The notes beneath the pieces were generated by a model that was given only the letters and a program-made list of their open reading frames with translations, did not search any database and had not been told where the DNA came from. Shown here piece after piece: positions 28,565-38,217 of a DNA stretch of 64,000 nucleotides (position 1 is its first letter; each line of letters opens with the position of its first letter). Origin of the DNA: an uncultured delta proteobacterium (lineage in GTDB: Bacteria > Myxococcota_A > Polyangia > Polyangiales > Houyiibacteriaceae). The stretch is taken from positions 64,001 to 128,000 of the forward strand of contig CAVOVB010000001.1 of the NCBI GenBank assembly GCA_963699755.1. The letters are read 5' to 3'. The position numbers were made by a program, and so were the translations under genes.

Positions 28565-28788
28565 CGAGCACCGCGGGGCAGCTTCGAAAGGCTCGACTGG
28601 GGTTGTCCAGGACCCGAACGGCTGCGAGCGCCCCGAAACGCAGATGCTCGCAAGACCCATGCCTTGGCCCCCTTCCGTGGGTGACGCAGACTAGAAGAAG
28701 CCTAGTCTGTCCATCACACCTCTCTCCCAAGAAGGCGGTGGGGAGATCCTCTGCTACCCGTCAACTACAAGTCAATGCAGAACGGTTG

Positions 28789-28857
28789 CTTAACTATTCT
28801 TAACTATTCTTAACTATTCCTAAACTGTTCTTAAACCATTCTTAACCATTCTTAAAC
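28789..28857 (+). repeat. AT-rich 10-11 bp tandem array (about 6.5 copies)
   Basis: CTTAACTATT x3, CCTAAACTGTT, CTTAAACCATT, CTTAACCATT, CTTAAAC. Confidence 0.95.
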
Positions 28858-28987
28858 GTGGGACGGTTACCTAGACTTCAACATGGGGCAGTTCCCTCGG
28901 GATGGTTGCTGGTTGCTTGCCCTGGAGTGGGAAGTCGTCCCTGGGAAGTCGTCCCAGGAAGTCGTCCCTGGGAAGTCGTCCCAGGTT
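28855..28987. repeat. REPIN/BIME-like unit: inverted pair of REP-like motifs with internal hairpin repeats
   Basis: AACGTGGGACG (+, 28855-28865) and AACCTGGGACG (-, 28977-28987); GGAAGTCGTCCC x4 (28930-28982); hairpins CCTGGGA-AGTCG-TCCCAGG at 28940-28958 and 28967-28985. Confidence 0.75.
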
Positions 28988-29017
28988 GAGAATGCGGAGA
29001 ATGCGGAGGAGAATGTG
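28988..29017 (+). repeat. 9-bp tandem repeat abutting the right REP-like motif
   Basis: GAGAATGCG GAGAATGCG gag GAGAATGTG. Confidence 0.85.
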
Positions 29018-29056
29018 GCCTGGCCAGCTGCCTCGTCGACGCCTCATGAACCAATT

Positions 29057-29455
29057 CTATCGCCGCTCTGCATTCGCCGCGCTGACCTGCTCGTTGAGCG
29101 TCCAGTAGTCGTAAAGGATGCCGAGGCCAGCGAGCCCCACGGTGAGGAAGTAGATCAGGCCGGTCAGGTACTTGCCCATGTAAATTCGGTGGATTCCGAA
29201 GATGCCGACAAAGGTGAGCAGGATCCACGCCACGTTGTGGTCGACCGGGCCCGATTCATATCGAAGCTCCGCCGAACGATCGAGCGAGGGCATCAAGAAC
29301 AAGTCGACGAGCCAACCGATGCCCAGCAGCCCCAACGTCAAGAACCAAATCGTCCCGCTCACCGGGCGCCCATAGTAAAAACGGTGTGCCCCCATGAACC
29401 CAAAGATCCATAGCAAATAGCCGATGCCGAGATTGTGCGTATCACCCTGCGCCAT
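29057..29455 (-). CDS. TM2-domain (NINE) membrane protein, two TM2 units
   Basis: GFMGAHRFYYG and GIFGIHRIYMG. Confidence 0.92.
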   Translation of the reverse strand: MAQGDTHNLGIGYLLWIFGFMGAHRFYYGRPVSGTIWFLTLGLLGIGWLVDLFLMPSLDRSAELRYESGPVDHNVAWILLTFVGIFGIHRIYMGKYLTGLIYFLTVGLAGLGILYDYWTLNEQVSAANAERR

Positions 29456-29593
29456 GACGGGATCTCTACGATCCGCCCAGCCATGGGCAAGTGCTTCTGG
29501 GCACGCACAATGCCTCGATCGCCCTCCGACGGCGATGGGTCCCGCTCCGCCGCTCCACCGGCCCCCGGACCCGGCCCGGGCACGAGCACCTGC

Positions 29594-29755
29594 CTAGCCC
29601 TTGCTGATCTTGCCTTCTTTGTGCGGCTGGTGGCTGCGGCACTTCGGGCAGAACTTCTTGATGTGGAACTTCTCCGGCATGTTCCGCTTGTTCTTGTCCG
29701 TCGTATAGTTGTCTTTGCCGCAGGTTTCGCAGCTGAGCTTGATGAGGTCGCGCAT
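29594..29755 (-). CDS. rpmG: 50S ribosomal protein L33 (Zn-binding C+ form), 53 aa
   Basis: Manual translation MRDLIKLSCETCGKDNYTTDKNKRNMPEKFHIKKFCPKCRSHQPHKEGKISKG; too short for the ORF track. Confidence 0.96.
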   Translation of the reverse strand: MRDLIKLSCETCGKDNYTTDKNKRNMPEKFHIKKFCPKCRSHQPHKEGKISKG

Positions 29756-29789
29756 GGGAATTGCTTGCCTTCTTGGCGGGAAGGGGCGG

Positions 29790-29817
29790 AGTGTAGCGGG
29801 GCCCGCCGCCCCGTCAA
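29790..29817 (-). promoter_or_regulatory. sigma70-type promoter of rpmG
   Basis: Minus strand TTGACG-16bp-TACACT followed by a GC-rich discriminator. Confidence 0.6.
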
Positions 29818-29868
29818 ATCCGCGCTCGAATCCCTAGATCCTTCCCCTGGATCCAGTGTAAACCCCCA

Positions 29869-31812
29869 ATGATGTTCGAACCCAAGCGCAACAACGGCAC
29901 CCCGGCTCAATACATCGCCCGGCGCAGCGAGACCGTAGGAGAGATGTTCCTGAAGCGCGTCGAGCGCGACGGCGAGCGCCCGGCCTTCCATTTCAAAGAC
30001 GGCGGGGATTGGCAGCCGGTCGGCTGGAACAGCTTCTCGGACCGGGCCGGGGCGATCGCCTCGTACCTCATAGGGCTCGGTCTGGAGATTCAGGAGAAGG
30101 TCTGCATGGTGGGCAGCACAGGCCCCGAGTGGTGTTACTGCGACGTCGGAGGTCTGCTCGCCGGCGCCGTGACGCTCGGCGCCTACCCCACTCTCACACC
30201 GAAGCAACTCGCATACATCCTCGGCCACAGCGACGCGAAGGTCGCCTTCGTCGAAGGCATCGAAGAGATCAACAAAATCCTCGCGCGCCGCGACGAGCTC
30301 ACCAAGCTCGAAGAGGTCATCGTCTGGAATAGCACCGGCGCCGAGTCGCTCATGGAAGCACACGACTGGCTCGTACCCTTCGAGCGCGTCCTTCAAACGC
30401 CGGTCGACCGCGCCGCCATCGAGGCACGCGTCGCTGCGGTAGACCCGACGAGCACCGCGATCATCGTCTACACCAGCGGCACCACCGGCCCACCCAAAGG
30501 CGCGATGATCTCCCACCAAAACATCATGACGATCATGAAAGACCAGGATGAAGCCTTCGCGATCAACGAGGACGACGTCGGCCTGAGCTTTCTCCCAATG
30601 GCCCACGTGGCCGAGCGGGTCCTCGCGTTCTACGGCCGCATCAACACCGGCATGGGCACCTATTTCGCGTCGAGCATTGCCAAGGTCCTCGAAGAAGTCG
30701 CCGAGGTGAAGCCGACGATCTTCGGCAGCGTTCCGCGCATCTTCGAAAAGGCCTACGCGAAGATCATGAGCACAGTCGAGCGAGCCCCCGCGACGCGGCA
30801 GCGCATCTTCCGCTGGGCGGAGCGGGTCGGCCGCGAGGCGGTGCAGCACTGGCAGGCGAGCAAACCCATCCCGTTTGGCTTGAAGCTCAGGTACGGCATC
30901 GCCGACCGACTCGTCTTTTCCAAGCTCCGAGCGGTCTTCGGCGGGCGCGTGCGCTACTTCATCACCGGGGCCGCACCGATCGCCCCCGAAATCCTCGAGT
31001 TCTTCTGGGCAGCTGGCTTTCCGATCTACGAGATGTACGGAATGACCGAGTCGACCGTGATCACCCACGCCAACGTCCCCGGCAACGTCAAGCTCGGCTC
31101 GGTCGGTCGCGCGCTGAGCATCGTGGAGGACCGCATCGCAGACGACGGCGAGATTCTGGTCCGCGGCAAAATCGTGTTTCAGGGCTACTATAAGAACCCC
31201 GAAGCCACGGCGGAAACGATCATCGACGGTTGGCTCTATACCGGCGACGTCGGCAAGAAGGACGAAGACGGCTACCTCTATATCCTCGATCGCAAGAAGC
31301 ACATTATCATCACGGCCGGCGGCAAGAACCTCACCCCTTCCAACATCGAAAACGAAATCAAAGCGTCCGACCCCTTCATCAGCCAAGCCCATGCGCACGG
31401 TGACAAGCGGAAGTATCTGGTCGCTTTGATCACGATCGGCGCTGCGGAAGCCGTGGAGTGGGCGCGAGAACAGGGCTCCATCGATGATGCGACCGCCGAC
31501 GAACACATCAGGGACTTGACGGAGAACCCGCTTGGGCGCTCCGAGGCGCTCCAGACCTTGCTCGCAGAGGTCGCACGACAGCCCGAGGTGCAGAAGCGGA
31601 TCGTCGCTTCGGTGAGAAGGGCGAACGAAAGCCTTTCACGGGTCGAGACCATCAAGAAGGTCTACGTCCTCGACCGCGAGTTCAGCGTCGAAGAAGACGA
31701 GCTCACCCCCACGCTCAAGCTCAAGCGCAAGAACGTCGAGGCGAAGTTCCAAGAAACCTTCGATCGGCTTTACGAAGACGAGGCGTTTGGCTTGCCCGTC
31801 GTGCCGGCCTAA
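29869..31812 (+). CDS. Long-chain fatty acid-CoA ligase (FadD15/FAA1-like)
   Basis: YTSGTTGPPKG, LPMAHVAE, YGMTE, TGDVG, RKKHIIITAGGKN, ELTPTLKLKR. Confidence 0.95.
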   Translation: MMFEPKRNNGTPAQYIARRSETVGEMFLKRVERDGERPAFHFKDGGDWQPVGWNSFSDRAGAIASYLIGLGLEIQEKVCMVGSTGPEWCYCDVGGLLAGAVTLGAYPTLTPKQLAYILGHSDAKVAFVEGIEEINKILARRDELTKLEEVIVWNSTGAESLMEAHDWLVPFERVLQTPVDRAAIEARVAAVDPTSTAIIVYTSGTTGPPKGAMISHQNIMTIMKDQDEAFAINEDDVGLSFLPMAHVAERVLAFYGRINTGMGTYFASSIAKVLEEVAEVKPTIFGSVPRIFEKAYAKIMSTVERAPATRQRIFRWAERVGREAVQHWQASKPIPFGLKLRYGIADRLVFSKLRAVFGGRVRYFITGAAPIAPEILEFFWAAGFPIYEMYGMTESTVITHANVPGNVKLGSVGRALSIVEDRIADDGEILVRGKIVFQGYYKNPEATAETIIDGWLYTGDVGKKDEDGYLYILDRKKHIIITAGGKNLTPSNIENEIKASDPFISQAHAHGDKRKYLVALITIGAAEAVEWAREQGSIDDATADEHIRDLTENPLGRSEALQTLLAEVARQPEVQKRIVASVRRANESLSRVETIKKVYVLDREFSVEEDELTPTLKLKRKNVEAKFQETFDRLYEDEAFGLPVVPA

Positions 31813-31823
31813 GCTTGGCCTTC

Positions 31824-32516
31824 ATGCGTCTCGCCCTGACCTGCCTTCTCGTGCTGCTCTTCGCGTCCCCCGCCCTCGCGTTCGAAGGTGTGCTCGAAGC
31901 AAGCCTATCGAGCGAGCAAGGCGTCGCTGCCCGGGTTCGCGCTCGCTACTCGAAAACCGGCGACGTCCGCATGGACATCCAGTCGACGGACGAGAACGGC
32001 AAGCCCGTCGAGGCGACGACCCTCATGCCCTCCAAAGGCGAGCGCTACTATTCGATCGCGCACGACCAGAAAGTCATCGTCGAGATTCCGTACTCGACCC
32101 TCGCCAAGACGAGCCAGCAGGTGACCGGCTCCGGCGACAACGCCAACCTCGTGATGAAGAAGCTCGGCAAGGAGATCGTCAGCGGCATCGAGACCCGTCA
32201 CATCCGCGTCATCGACAAAGACAATGATGCCGTCATCGACCTCTGGCTCACACAGAAGTACCCGGCTGATCTCTGGACGCGGGCGTTTCGAGGTCGGAAT
32301 CTCGGGCTGGAGCTGTCTGACGACGAACGCAGCAAGGCAATGAAAAGATACGGGATCAAGCCTGGTTTCTCGATGAAGATGCGCGTTGCGCAGGCCGGCG
32401 GCGTGCCTGTGGTCTTTCTGGTGAAAAAGGTCGAACGCATCCCGATTCCGCCCGAGGTCTTCGCGCTCCCCAAAGGCTATTCCCGCGTTCAAGGCCCAGC
32501 CGAAGCGCAACCTTGA
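31824..32516 (+). CDS. Exported DUF4412-like protein
   Basis: Signal peptide ending ALA-FEG; KKLGKEIVSG, IDLWLT, VFALPKGY. Confidence 0.72.
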   Translation: MRLALTCLLVLLFASPALAFEGVLEASLSSEQGVAARVRARYSKTGDVRMDIQSTDENGKPVEATTLMPSKGERYYSIAHDQKVIVEIPYSTLAKTSQQVTGSGDNANLVMKKLGKEIVSGIETRHIRVIDKDNDAVIDLWLTQKYPADLWTRAFRGRNLGLELSDDERSKAMKRYGIKPGFSMKMRVAQAGGVPVVFLVKKVERIPIPPEVFALPKGYSRVQGPAEAQP

Positions 32517-32585
32517 CGCTTCGGCGCGACCTTGCGATATAGACCGCGATCATACGGCGGTGCAGGGGCGCCGGAAGGAGATTCT

Positions 32586-33599
32586 ATGACCAAGCAAATG
32601 CTGTTGCGCGCGTTGATTCTGGGGTCCGCGCTGATCGTTCTAAACGGATGCAAGTCCGACACGGCCAAGGACGCCGAGGGGGGCCCTGTTCTCGTGCTCG
32701 ACGCCGGCGCAGAGCCGCGCGAGACGCTTCGCTACAAGATTGCGCCCGGGACGACCACCACCGCGACCATGGACTTCGGCCTTGCCTCGATGGCCAGCTC
32801 CCGGCGTGGCGCGGCCCTTTCGGTGACCCCCGGCGTCCGGCTGTTTATCGTTTCGGGCCCTTCCATGGAGGGAAAGCGGGGTAGCACGCGGTTCGACGTT
32901 CGGATCGTCAAGGCCGAAGCCATCATCCCGGATGGGCTCGACCCGGTGGTCGCGCAAGATCTCAACAAGAGCGCCTCGGTGCTGAACAACGTCGGCGGCT
33001 GGGTCGAGGTCGATGACCGCGGCATCATCCAGAGAACCGAGCTCAACGAAGCCGCCAAGCGCTCGGACGTTCCGGTTCGGCTGCTGGTGATGATCATCAA
33101 CGCGCGCACCTCGCTCGCTCGCGTGCTGCTTCCGGCAGAGCCAGTGGGCGCCGGTGCCCGCTGGGAGGCACGCAAGGACCTCGTTCTGTACGGCTTCAAC
33201 GTGAGCCAGGTCGACACGTATACCCTCGAACAAAAGGTCGGCGACGAGCTCAAGCTCAACGTTCAGATCGCGCAAACCGCGCAGCCTCAGACAATCACCT
33301 TCGAAGAGGAAGGCGTCGAGCTCACCGTCGAGTCGTTCAAGATGAACGCCACCGGCCAGGTCATCGCGAACCTCAACGCGCTCGAAGCCAACGCCTCCGC
33401 GAGCGGCGAGTCCACTGGCATGTTGAACGTGAAGACCGTCGATGACTCCGAAGACATCGAGATCGATCGCGCATTCCAAGTTCGGATGACCGTGAGCTAC
33501 GATGTCGCCACGGCCGCGGCAGACGAGGCCGTAGAAAAGGCCCAGAGCACCAGAAAGGCCGCGGAGAAAGCCGGCAAGAAGCTAGAGACTCAAGAATAG
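32586..33599 (+). CDS. Hypothetical lipoprotein (DUF6263-like)
   Basis: RBS AAGGAG; lipobox LNGC; LDAGAEPRETLRY, LPAEPVGAGARW. Confidence 0.72.
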   Translation: MTKQMLLRALILGSALIVLNGCKSDTAKDAEGGPVLVLDAGAEPRETLRYKIAPGTTTTATMDFGLASMASSRRGAALSVTPGVRLFIVSGPSMEGKRGSTRFDVRIVKAEAIIPDGLDPVVAQDLNKSASVLNNVGGWVEVDDRGIIQRTELNEAAKRSDVPVRLLVMIINARTSLARVLLPAEPVGAGARWEARKDLVLYGFNVSQVDTYTLEQKVGDELKLNVQIAQTAQPQTITFEEEGVELTVESFKMNATGQVIANLNALEANASASGESTGMLNVKTVDDSEDIEIDRAFQVRMTVSYDVATAAADEAVEKAQSTRKAAEKAGKKLETQE

Positions 33600-35794
33600 A
33601 GCGTCCCAGGCCAGAGCGTAGCCACGACGGCACGTTGAGCCCGCTCCCGCTTCCAGTACTCGGATTCGGGGTCGAGCTCGACGCTGCCGTCGATGAGCTT
33701 CTGGAGCGTGGCTTCGACGTCGCTGGCAAAGCCTGCGTCCTGGACGACGACGTTGGCCTCGCTCTCCCAAAAGCTCGCCGTCGCATCGAGGTTGGCCGAG
33801 CCGATGCTGGTGGCCAGCCCATCGACCGAGACGAGCTTGGCGTGGACGTAGGGTCGAATCCGGCCCCCGCGCGCCACGATCATGGGTGACGGCGGTGGAA
33901 CGAACTCGTAGATCTCGACGCCGGCCTGAAGCAAGGGCTCGAGCTTCGCCTTCACCATGTATTCGAACAGCGTGCGGTGAAGGGGCGCCGGAAAGAACGT
34001 CCCATCGTCGCGTCGAGCGGCGGCGTTTCCCGTGAGGAGCTTGACGCTCACGTCTTTGGCCAAGAGCCGATAAATGGCGCGCTCGAGGGCCGGGACGATC
34101 GGGTAATCGTTGACGATGTAGACGTGGTCCTCTGCGACGTCGAACATCGCCTCGTACATCGCAAGGCCATTGGTTTCCGCAAGACCGCGGTGCACGACCA
34201 GCCTTCCCGAAGAGGACCCAGTCGGCTCGAGCTCGGGCATCGTTGCCTCGTCACTCTGAATTGGCGCGCCGCCATGCCGGTGCCAGGTCCCCATGAAGGT
34301 CTCTTGAACCAGGCGCACCAGAGGCCCGGTCACTTCCACATGCGCATCGAGCCAGGGAATGCGTTCGTGACGCGTGTTGTCGTGCACCGGAACCTCGCCG
34401 AAGCCGGTGTAGTACGCGTCGCTCGCATTCCGCCCGGACACGAACGCCCTCCGGCCGTCGAGGATGACCAGCTTGCGGTGGTCTCTCTTCTTGAGTCGCG
34501 AGACGTCGACTTGCTTTCGCGACTCGATCGGGTTCACCGCGAGCACCTCGATGTTCTCCTCTTCCTTCAGCGAGAGGATCAAGGGATTGAGGCGTCCGAA
34601 GACCTCCTCGTCTGAGTAGAGCGCATCGACCATGAACCGAACCTTGACGCCGGCACGCGCACGCTGAATGAGGCGAACGATCAGGTGCTCGGTGAAGACG
34701 CTCGGCTGAACCATGTAGAACTGGATGTGAATCGTCGCGGAGGCTTCATCGAACGCCGCTAGTAGGCGACGCCTGGCCTCGGCGTTGTCGAGCTCGGCAT
34801 GAAACGAGTTGCCCGGAATCAGTCTCGATTGGGTGGTCTGGTCGAGTCGCCAGTCGAGCGGATTGCTGTTCGCCCTGTCGTGCAGCAACTGGGCCGCCTG
34901 CTCCATCTCGGCGGAAAACGAGCCGGCAAGTGCCCGGCTCACAGCCTTCGCTGGCGTTAGCACGCTGACCTGCGACGGACGATCTTCTTCGGGACCCTCG
35001 TCTCGTTCGGTCAGGATCGTAGTCACCGGAACTCCCTTCGCGCGGAGACGGCAGATTGCGGTCGATGCAAACATGTCGACGAAATCGACGCCCAGGCTCC
35101 TCAGCTCCTCCTCCTCAGCCGAGTACACGAGGATCGCACCTGGCGGCAGCCGCTGGGCGCGAAGCGCGTCGCGAATCAGCGGGTCGCGGTTCTTCTCGTG
35201 GATGTCGAAATAGACGAGCTCGAAACCCTCGTCGATCAGCGCGCGGAGCGCTTTGACGGGCGAAGCCGCCGGGACGGGCTGCTCCGGTCGAGGAGGAAGC
35301 AACAGCGCCGCATCCACGAGCACGACCGGCCTGCCGCTAGCAACCTGCAGCAAACGATGTCCAAAGAGATCGGTCACGACCTGACCCTTGTCATTGCAGA
35401 TCGCGACGCTCACGCGGTGAAGGCCCGGCCCGGGTGCATCGATCACCGCGCGTACCTCTGCGCTGCTGCCGATGGACATCTCAGCGGCCACCGCGTCATC
35501 CACGTAGAACCTAGCGACCGTCCCGAGCTTGGCGGAAACACCCAGGCTCGCCGAGAGCTCGACCGATTCCCCCGGGCTCGTGAGCTGGTCGCGCTGCACC
35601 CCGCCGAGAATGCGCCGAAGCCCTGGGTTCCGACCCCAGCGCTCCATCGTGGTGCCGAGCGAACGGGCCGCTGCGTCTAGGATGGAGGGCGACTCCTCGC
35701 TGGTCGCAAAGCGCTTGTCGACCTCCCCGGCAATCGTCGCGGCGATTCGTCGGATTCGCTCGCCCAGGTCCTCGCTCGTCTCTTCTTCGCTCAC
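33590..35794 (-). CDS. Phospholipase D/cardiolipin synthase-family protein with long N-terminal extension
   Basis: Two HKD motifs: HRKLVILD and HAKLVSVD..GSANLD; GTG start inferred. Confidence 0.88.
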   Translation of the reverse strand: MSEEETSEDLGERIRRIAATIAGEVDKRFATSEESPSILDAAARSLGTTMERWGRNPGLRRILGGVQRDQLTSPGESVELSASLGVSAKLGTVARFYVDDAVAAEMSIGSSAEVRAVIDAPGPGLHRVSVAICNDKGQVVTDLFGHRLLQVASGRPVVLVDAALLLPPRPEQPVPAASPVKALRALIDEGFELVYFDIHEKNRDPLIRDALRAQRLPPGAILVYSAEEEELRSLGVDFVDMFASTAICRLRAKGVPVTTILTERDEGPEEDRPSQVSVLTPAKAVSRALAGSFSAEMEQAAQLLHDRANSNPLDWRLDQTTQSRLIPGNSFHAELDNAEARRRLLAAFDEASATIHIQFYMVQPSVFTEHLIVRLIQRARAGVKVRFMVDALYSDEEVFGRLNPLILSLKEEENIEVLAVNPIESRKQVDVSRLKKRDHRKLVILDGRRAFVSGRNASDAYYTGFGEVPVHDNTRHERIPWLDAHVEVTGPLVRLVQETFMGTWHRHGGAPIQSDEATMPELEPTGSSSGRLVVHRGLAETNGLAMYEAMFDVAEDHVYIVNDYPIVPALERAIYRLLAKDVSVKLLTGNAAARRDDGTFFPAPLHRTLFEYMVKAKLEPLLQAGVEIYEFVPPPSPMIVARGGRIRPYVHAKLVSVDGLATSIGSANLDATASFWESEANVVVQDAGFASDVEATLQKLIDGSVELDPESEYWKRERAQRAVVATLWPGTLYS

Positions 35795-35813
35795 AGCGGC
35801 CAGTATAGGCCGC

Positions 35814-36338
35814 TCAGGCCTCGTCGTCGGCGAGGACCGCGAGGTAGGGCAGATTCCTGAACTTCTGGGCGTAGTCGAGGCCGTATCCGACGATGAACGC
35901 ATCATCCACGGTGAAGCCGAGGTAGTCGATCTGCACCGGCATGCGGGTGCGCGCGGGCTTGTGAAGCAGGGACGCGACCTTCACGGACGCCGGCTGACGC
36001 GTCGCCAAGTTCTGGCGGAGATAGGCCACGGTGAGCCCGGTATCGACGATATCCTCGACCAGGATCACGTGCTTGCCTTCGATCGACCGGCTCAAGTCCG
36101 TCGTGATCTGCACCACACCGCTGCTCGTGTGCTGGTCGCCGTAGCTACGGACCCCGAGGAAGTCAATGGCCACATCGAGATCGATCTGACGCACCAAGTC
36201 TGCGGCGAACACGTAGCTGCCCTTGAGAACCGGGACGACGACCAGGTCCTTTCCGAGATAGTCTTCGGTGATGGCGCGGCCTAGGTCCGCGACCCGCCGA
36301 CCAATCGTCTCCGCGTCGATCAGTAGCTTCAGCGACAT
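35814..36338 (-). CDS. hpt: Hypoxanthine phosphoribosyltransferase
   Basis: [33 protein letters not shown]. Confidence 0.96.
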   Translation of the reverse strand: MSLKLLIDAETIGRRVADLGRAITEDYLGKDLVVVPVLKGSYVFAADLVRQIDLDVAIDFLGVRSYGDQHTSSGVVQITTDLSRSIEGKHVILVEDIVDTGLTVAYLRQNLATRQPASVKVASLLHKPARTRMPVQIDYLGFTVDDAFIVGYGLDYAQKFRNLPYLAVLADDEA

Positions 36339-36348
36339 GAAAGCCAAT

Positions 36349-38217
36349 TCAGTTCGCAGAGAATACGATCGGGAACTTCGCGGGTCCGCCTTCGGAGGAC
36401 CTCGGGAACCGCCAGCGCCGGACCGAGGCTTCAACGCACTCGGCGAGACCACCCGGGCCATTGCCGTCCGCGCTCACGTCCTTCACGCGTCCAGACGCTG
36501 CTACGATCACGGACACGTCCAAGCGAACGGACTCCGGTGACTGCTGCCCCCGAATCGCTCGCTCGTAGCAACGCTGCAAGCGCGGCTTGTTCGTCGTCAC
36601 GGTTGCTCGGACCCCGTCGCCATCGAGCGGTTTGTTGCCGGCCTGGTTGCTGACCACCTTCTTCACCGCGATCTCTGCGGGGGCAGCATCGGAGCTCGAT
36701 TCGAACTCGTCGAGAATCTTCTGCTCCTCGGCGCTCAAGGAGCCTTTGTCCGATGCTTCTTGGACAGTTTCGGAGCGTGCGGTCGGGCGTGTTTTCGCGG
36801 TTGGCCGAGGTGCCGGTGCCATCGTCGGCCCGTCATTCGCCGGGTTGGGTGGCTCGAACACCAGCTTGGCTTCTGTGCTCTCCCTAGGAGCCGCCGTAGC
36901 CGGCGTAGCGCGGGCTGGCACGCGCTTGCCCGACTCGCTCTCTGTCACCTTCGCAGCGTCGCTGTCCGACCCGGTCGATGGCTCCGTTCCTGCTGGCGCC
37001 GTCGCGGCTGGATCGGTTCCTACGGCCGTCGCGGGTTCGGAAGATACAGCCGTCGCTGGCCCCCGCAGCGCGCCGGACGCCGCTCTTTTGCGAGTCGCCT
37101 CGCCCCTTCGCGCAGAATCGACCCGCGTCGAAACGCCAGCGCCCAGCCACTCATCCAGCACCGAATCGCCGAAACGCTCGTACATCAGAAACGCCACGAC
37201 GCCCGTGAGGAAGATCACGGCAAAGATCAGCGCCAACACCCCTAGCGAAAGACCACGGCGCGGCTCGGCATTTGCCGCGGCAGCTGCAGGAGGCGCCGAC
37301 GGCACCGAGACCCCTTCCCCCAGCGCGGCCGGAAGTCCGGAAAACGACCCCAGCGGGGGCGATGACCCGAACACTGAGGGAGGCCCGATCGGCGCAGGAG
37401 GTTGCGACATGTCCCGAAGCGGCCAGGGCGGCTCTCCTTCGGGCGCCAGCGAATCAGCCAGTGCAGCGAACTCGCCGGGCGCTCCCGACGCCGAGGCGCG
37501 GTATGCGGGACCAGCGACGACGGTCAGCTGAGACGACTCGGAAATCGAAGTGCGTGAGTCGACGAAAGGCGGCATCGACGAAAACGACGTCCGCTGCGGA
37601 GGACCCGAGTATCGACGTTCGTGTAGCAAAGCCATCAGCTCTGGGACGGTCGCCAGTGGACGCCATTCATCGAAACCCTCTCGCCACACCAGCGAGTACT
37701 CACTGACGGCGCCCGCATCGATCTTGTGGCCCATCTCCTCGAGTCGGACAGGGCCGACCGGGACGTCGTTGATCGATACGTGCCACGCGGGCGCCTCGCC
37801 AGCGATGGCAAGTCGAGGACCGGCAGGCGCCATTGGAAGCGCTGGTGCCAAGCCTGGATGTTGACCCACGAACGCGCTGCTCGCGGCCGCTGGAATCGAC
37901 GAGAGCCTGCGTGACACAGCAGATGGACGACGTGGTGGAACGGATGGCGGCCTGCGCCGAACAGGCGAAGAGGGACGGCGCGAGCGCGCCGTGGGCGCCT
38001 CTTGGGCAAATCGAGCCGTGGCCTCGGTCGGTCGTCGTCTGACCGTTTCGGCATGATAGGCCGACCCCGCAGGAACGGTCCTTTCCGCATCGGGTGCATG
38101 GCCGTCGATCAGGATCTTGTGATTGCACTTGCGACAGGGAAACCGAACGACACGACCCCGAACCTTCTCGTCGGCGATCTTGTACTTGGCATGGCAGCTA
38201 TCGCACTCGAATCTCAT
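36349..38217 (-). CDS. GltJ/AgmX-like protein (zinc ribbon, GYF_2, TM, TonB_C/AgmX-like C-terminus)
   Basis: CDSC...CRKC; WHVSI...VGPV...[20 protein letters not shown]...[12 protein letters not shown]. Confidence 0.82.
   Translation of the reverse strand: MRFECDSCHAKYKIADEKVRGRVVRFPCRKCNHKILIDGHAPDAERTVPAGSAYHAETVRRRPTEATARFAQEAPTARSRRPSSPVRRRPPSVPPRRPSAVSRRLSSIPAAASSAFVGQHPGLAPALPMAPAGPRLAIAGEAPAWHVSINDVPVGPVRLEEMGHKIDAGAVSEYSLVWREGFDEWRPLATVPELMALLHERRYSGPPQRTSFSSMPPFVDSRTSISESSQLTVVAGPAYRASASGAPGEFAALADSLAPEGEPPWPLRDMSQPPAPIGPPSVFGSSPPLGSFSGLPAALGEGVSVPSAPPAAAAANAEPRRGLSLGVLALIFAVIFLTGVVAFLMYERFGDSVLDEWLGAGVSTRVDSARRGEATRKRAASGALRGPATAVSSEPATAVGTDPAATAPAGTEPSTGSDSDAAKVTESESGKRVPARATPATAAPRESTEAKLVFEPPNPANDGPTMAPAPRPTAKTRPTARSETVQEASDKGSLSAEEQKILDEFESSSDAAPAEIAVKKVVSNQAGNKPLDGDGVRATVTTNKPRLQRCYERAIRGQQSPESVRLDVSVIVAASGRVKDVSADGNGPGGLAECVEASVRRWRFPRSSEGGPAKFPIVFSAN

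Noticed and set aside
28789..29017. Possible CRISPR array
   Set aside because: Units are 9-14 bp, contiguous and without unique spacers, and there are no cas genes in the window.
28883..29413. ORFs across the RAYT-downstream repeats (EVVPGKSS / PGTTSQGRL peptides)
   Set aside because: These are translations of the DNA repeats, overlap the TM2 gene, and show no coding signal.
29359..31506. 715-aa minus-strand ORF, and similar long antisense ORFs (482-1387, 48527-49921, 36587-37531, 42838-43944)
   Set aside because: Shadow ORFs opposite well-supported genes. They are expected from GC3 codon bias and have no recognisable motifs.
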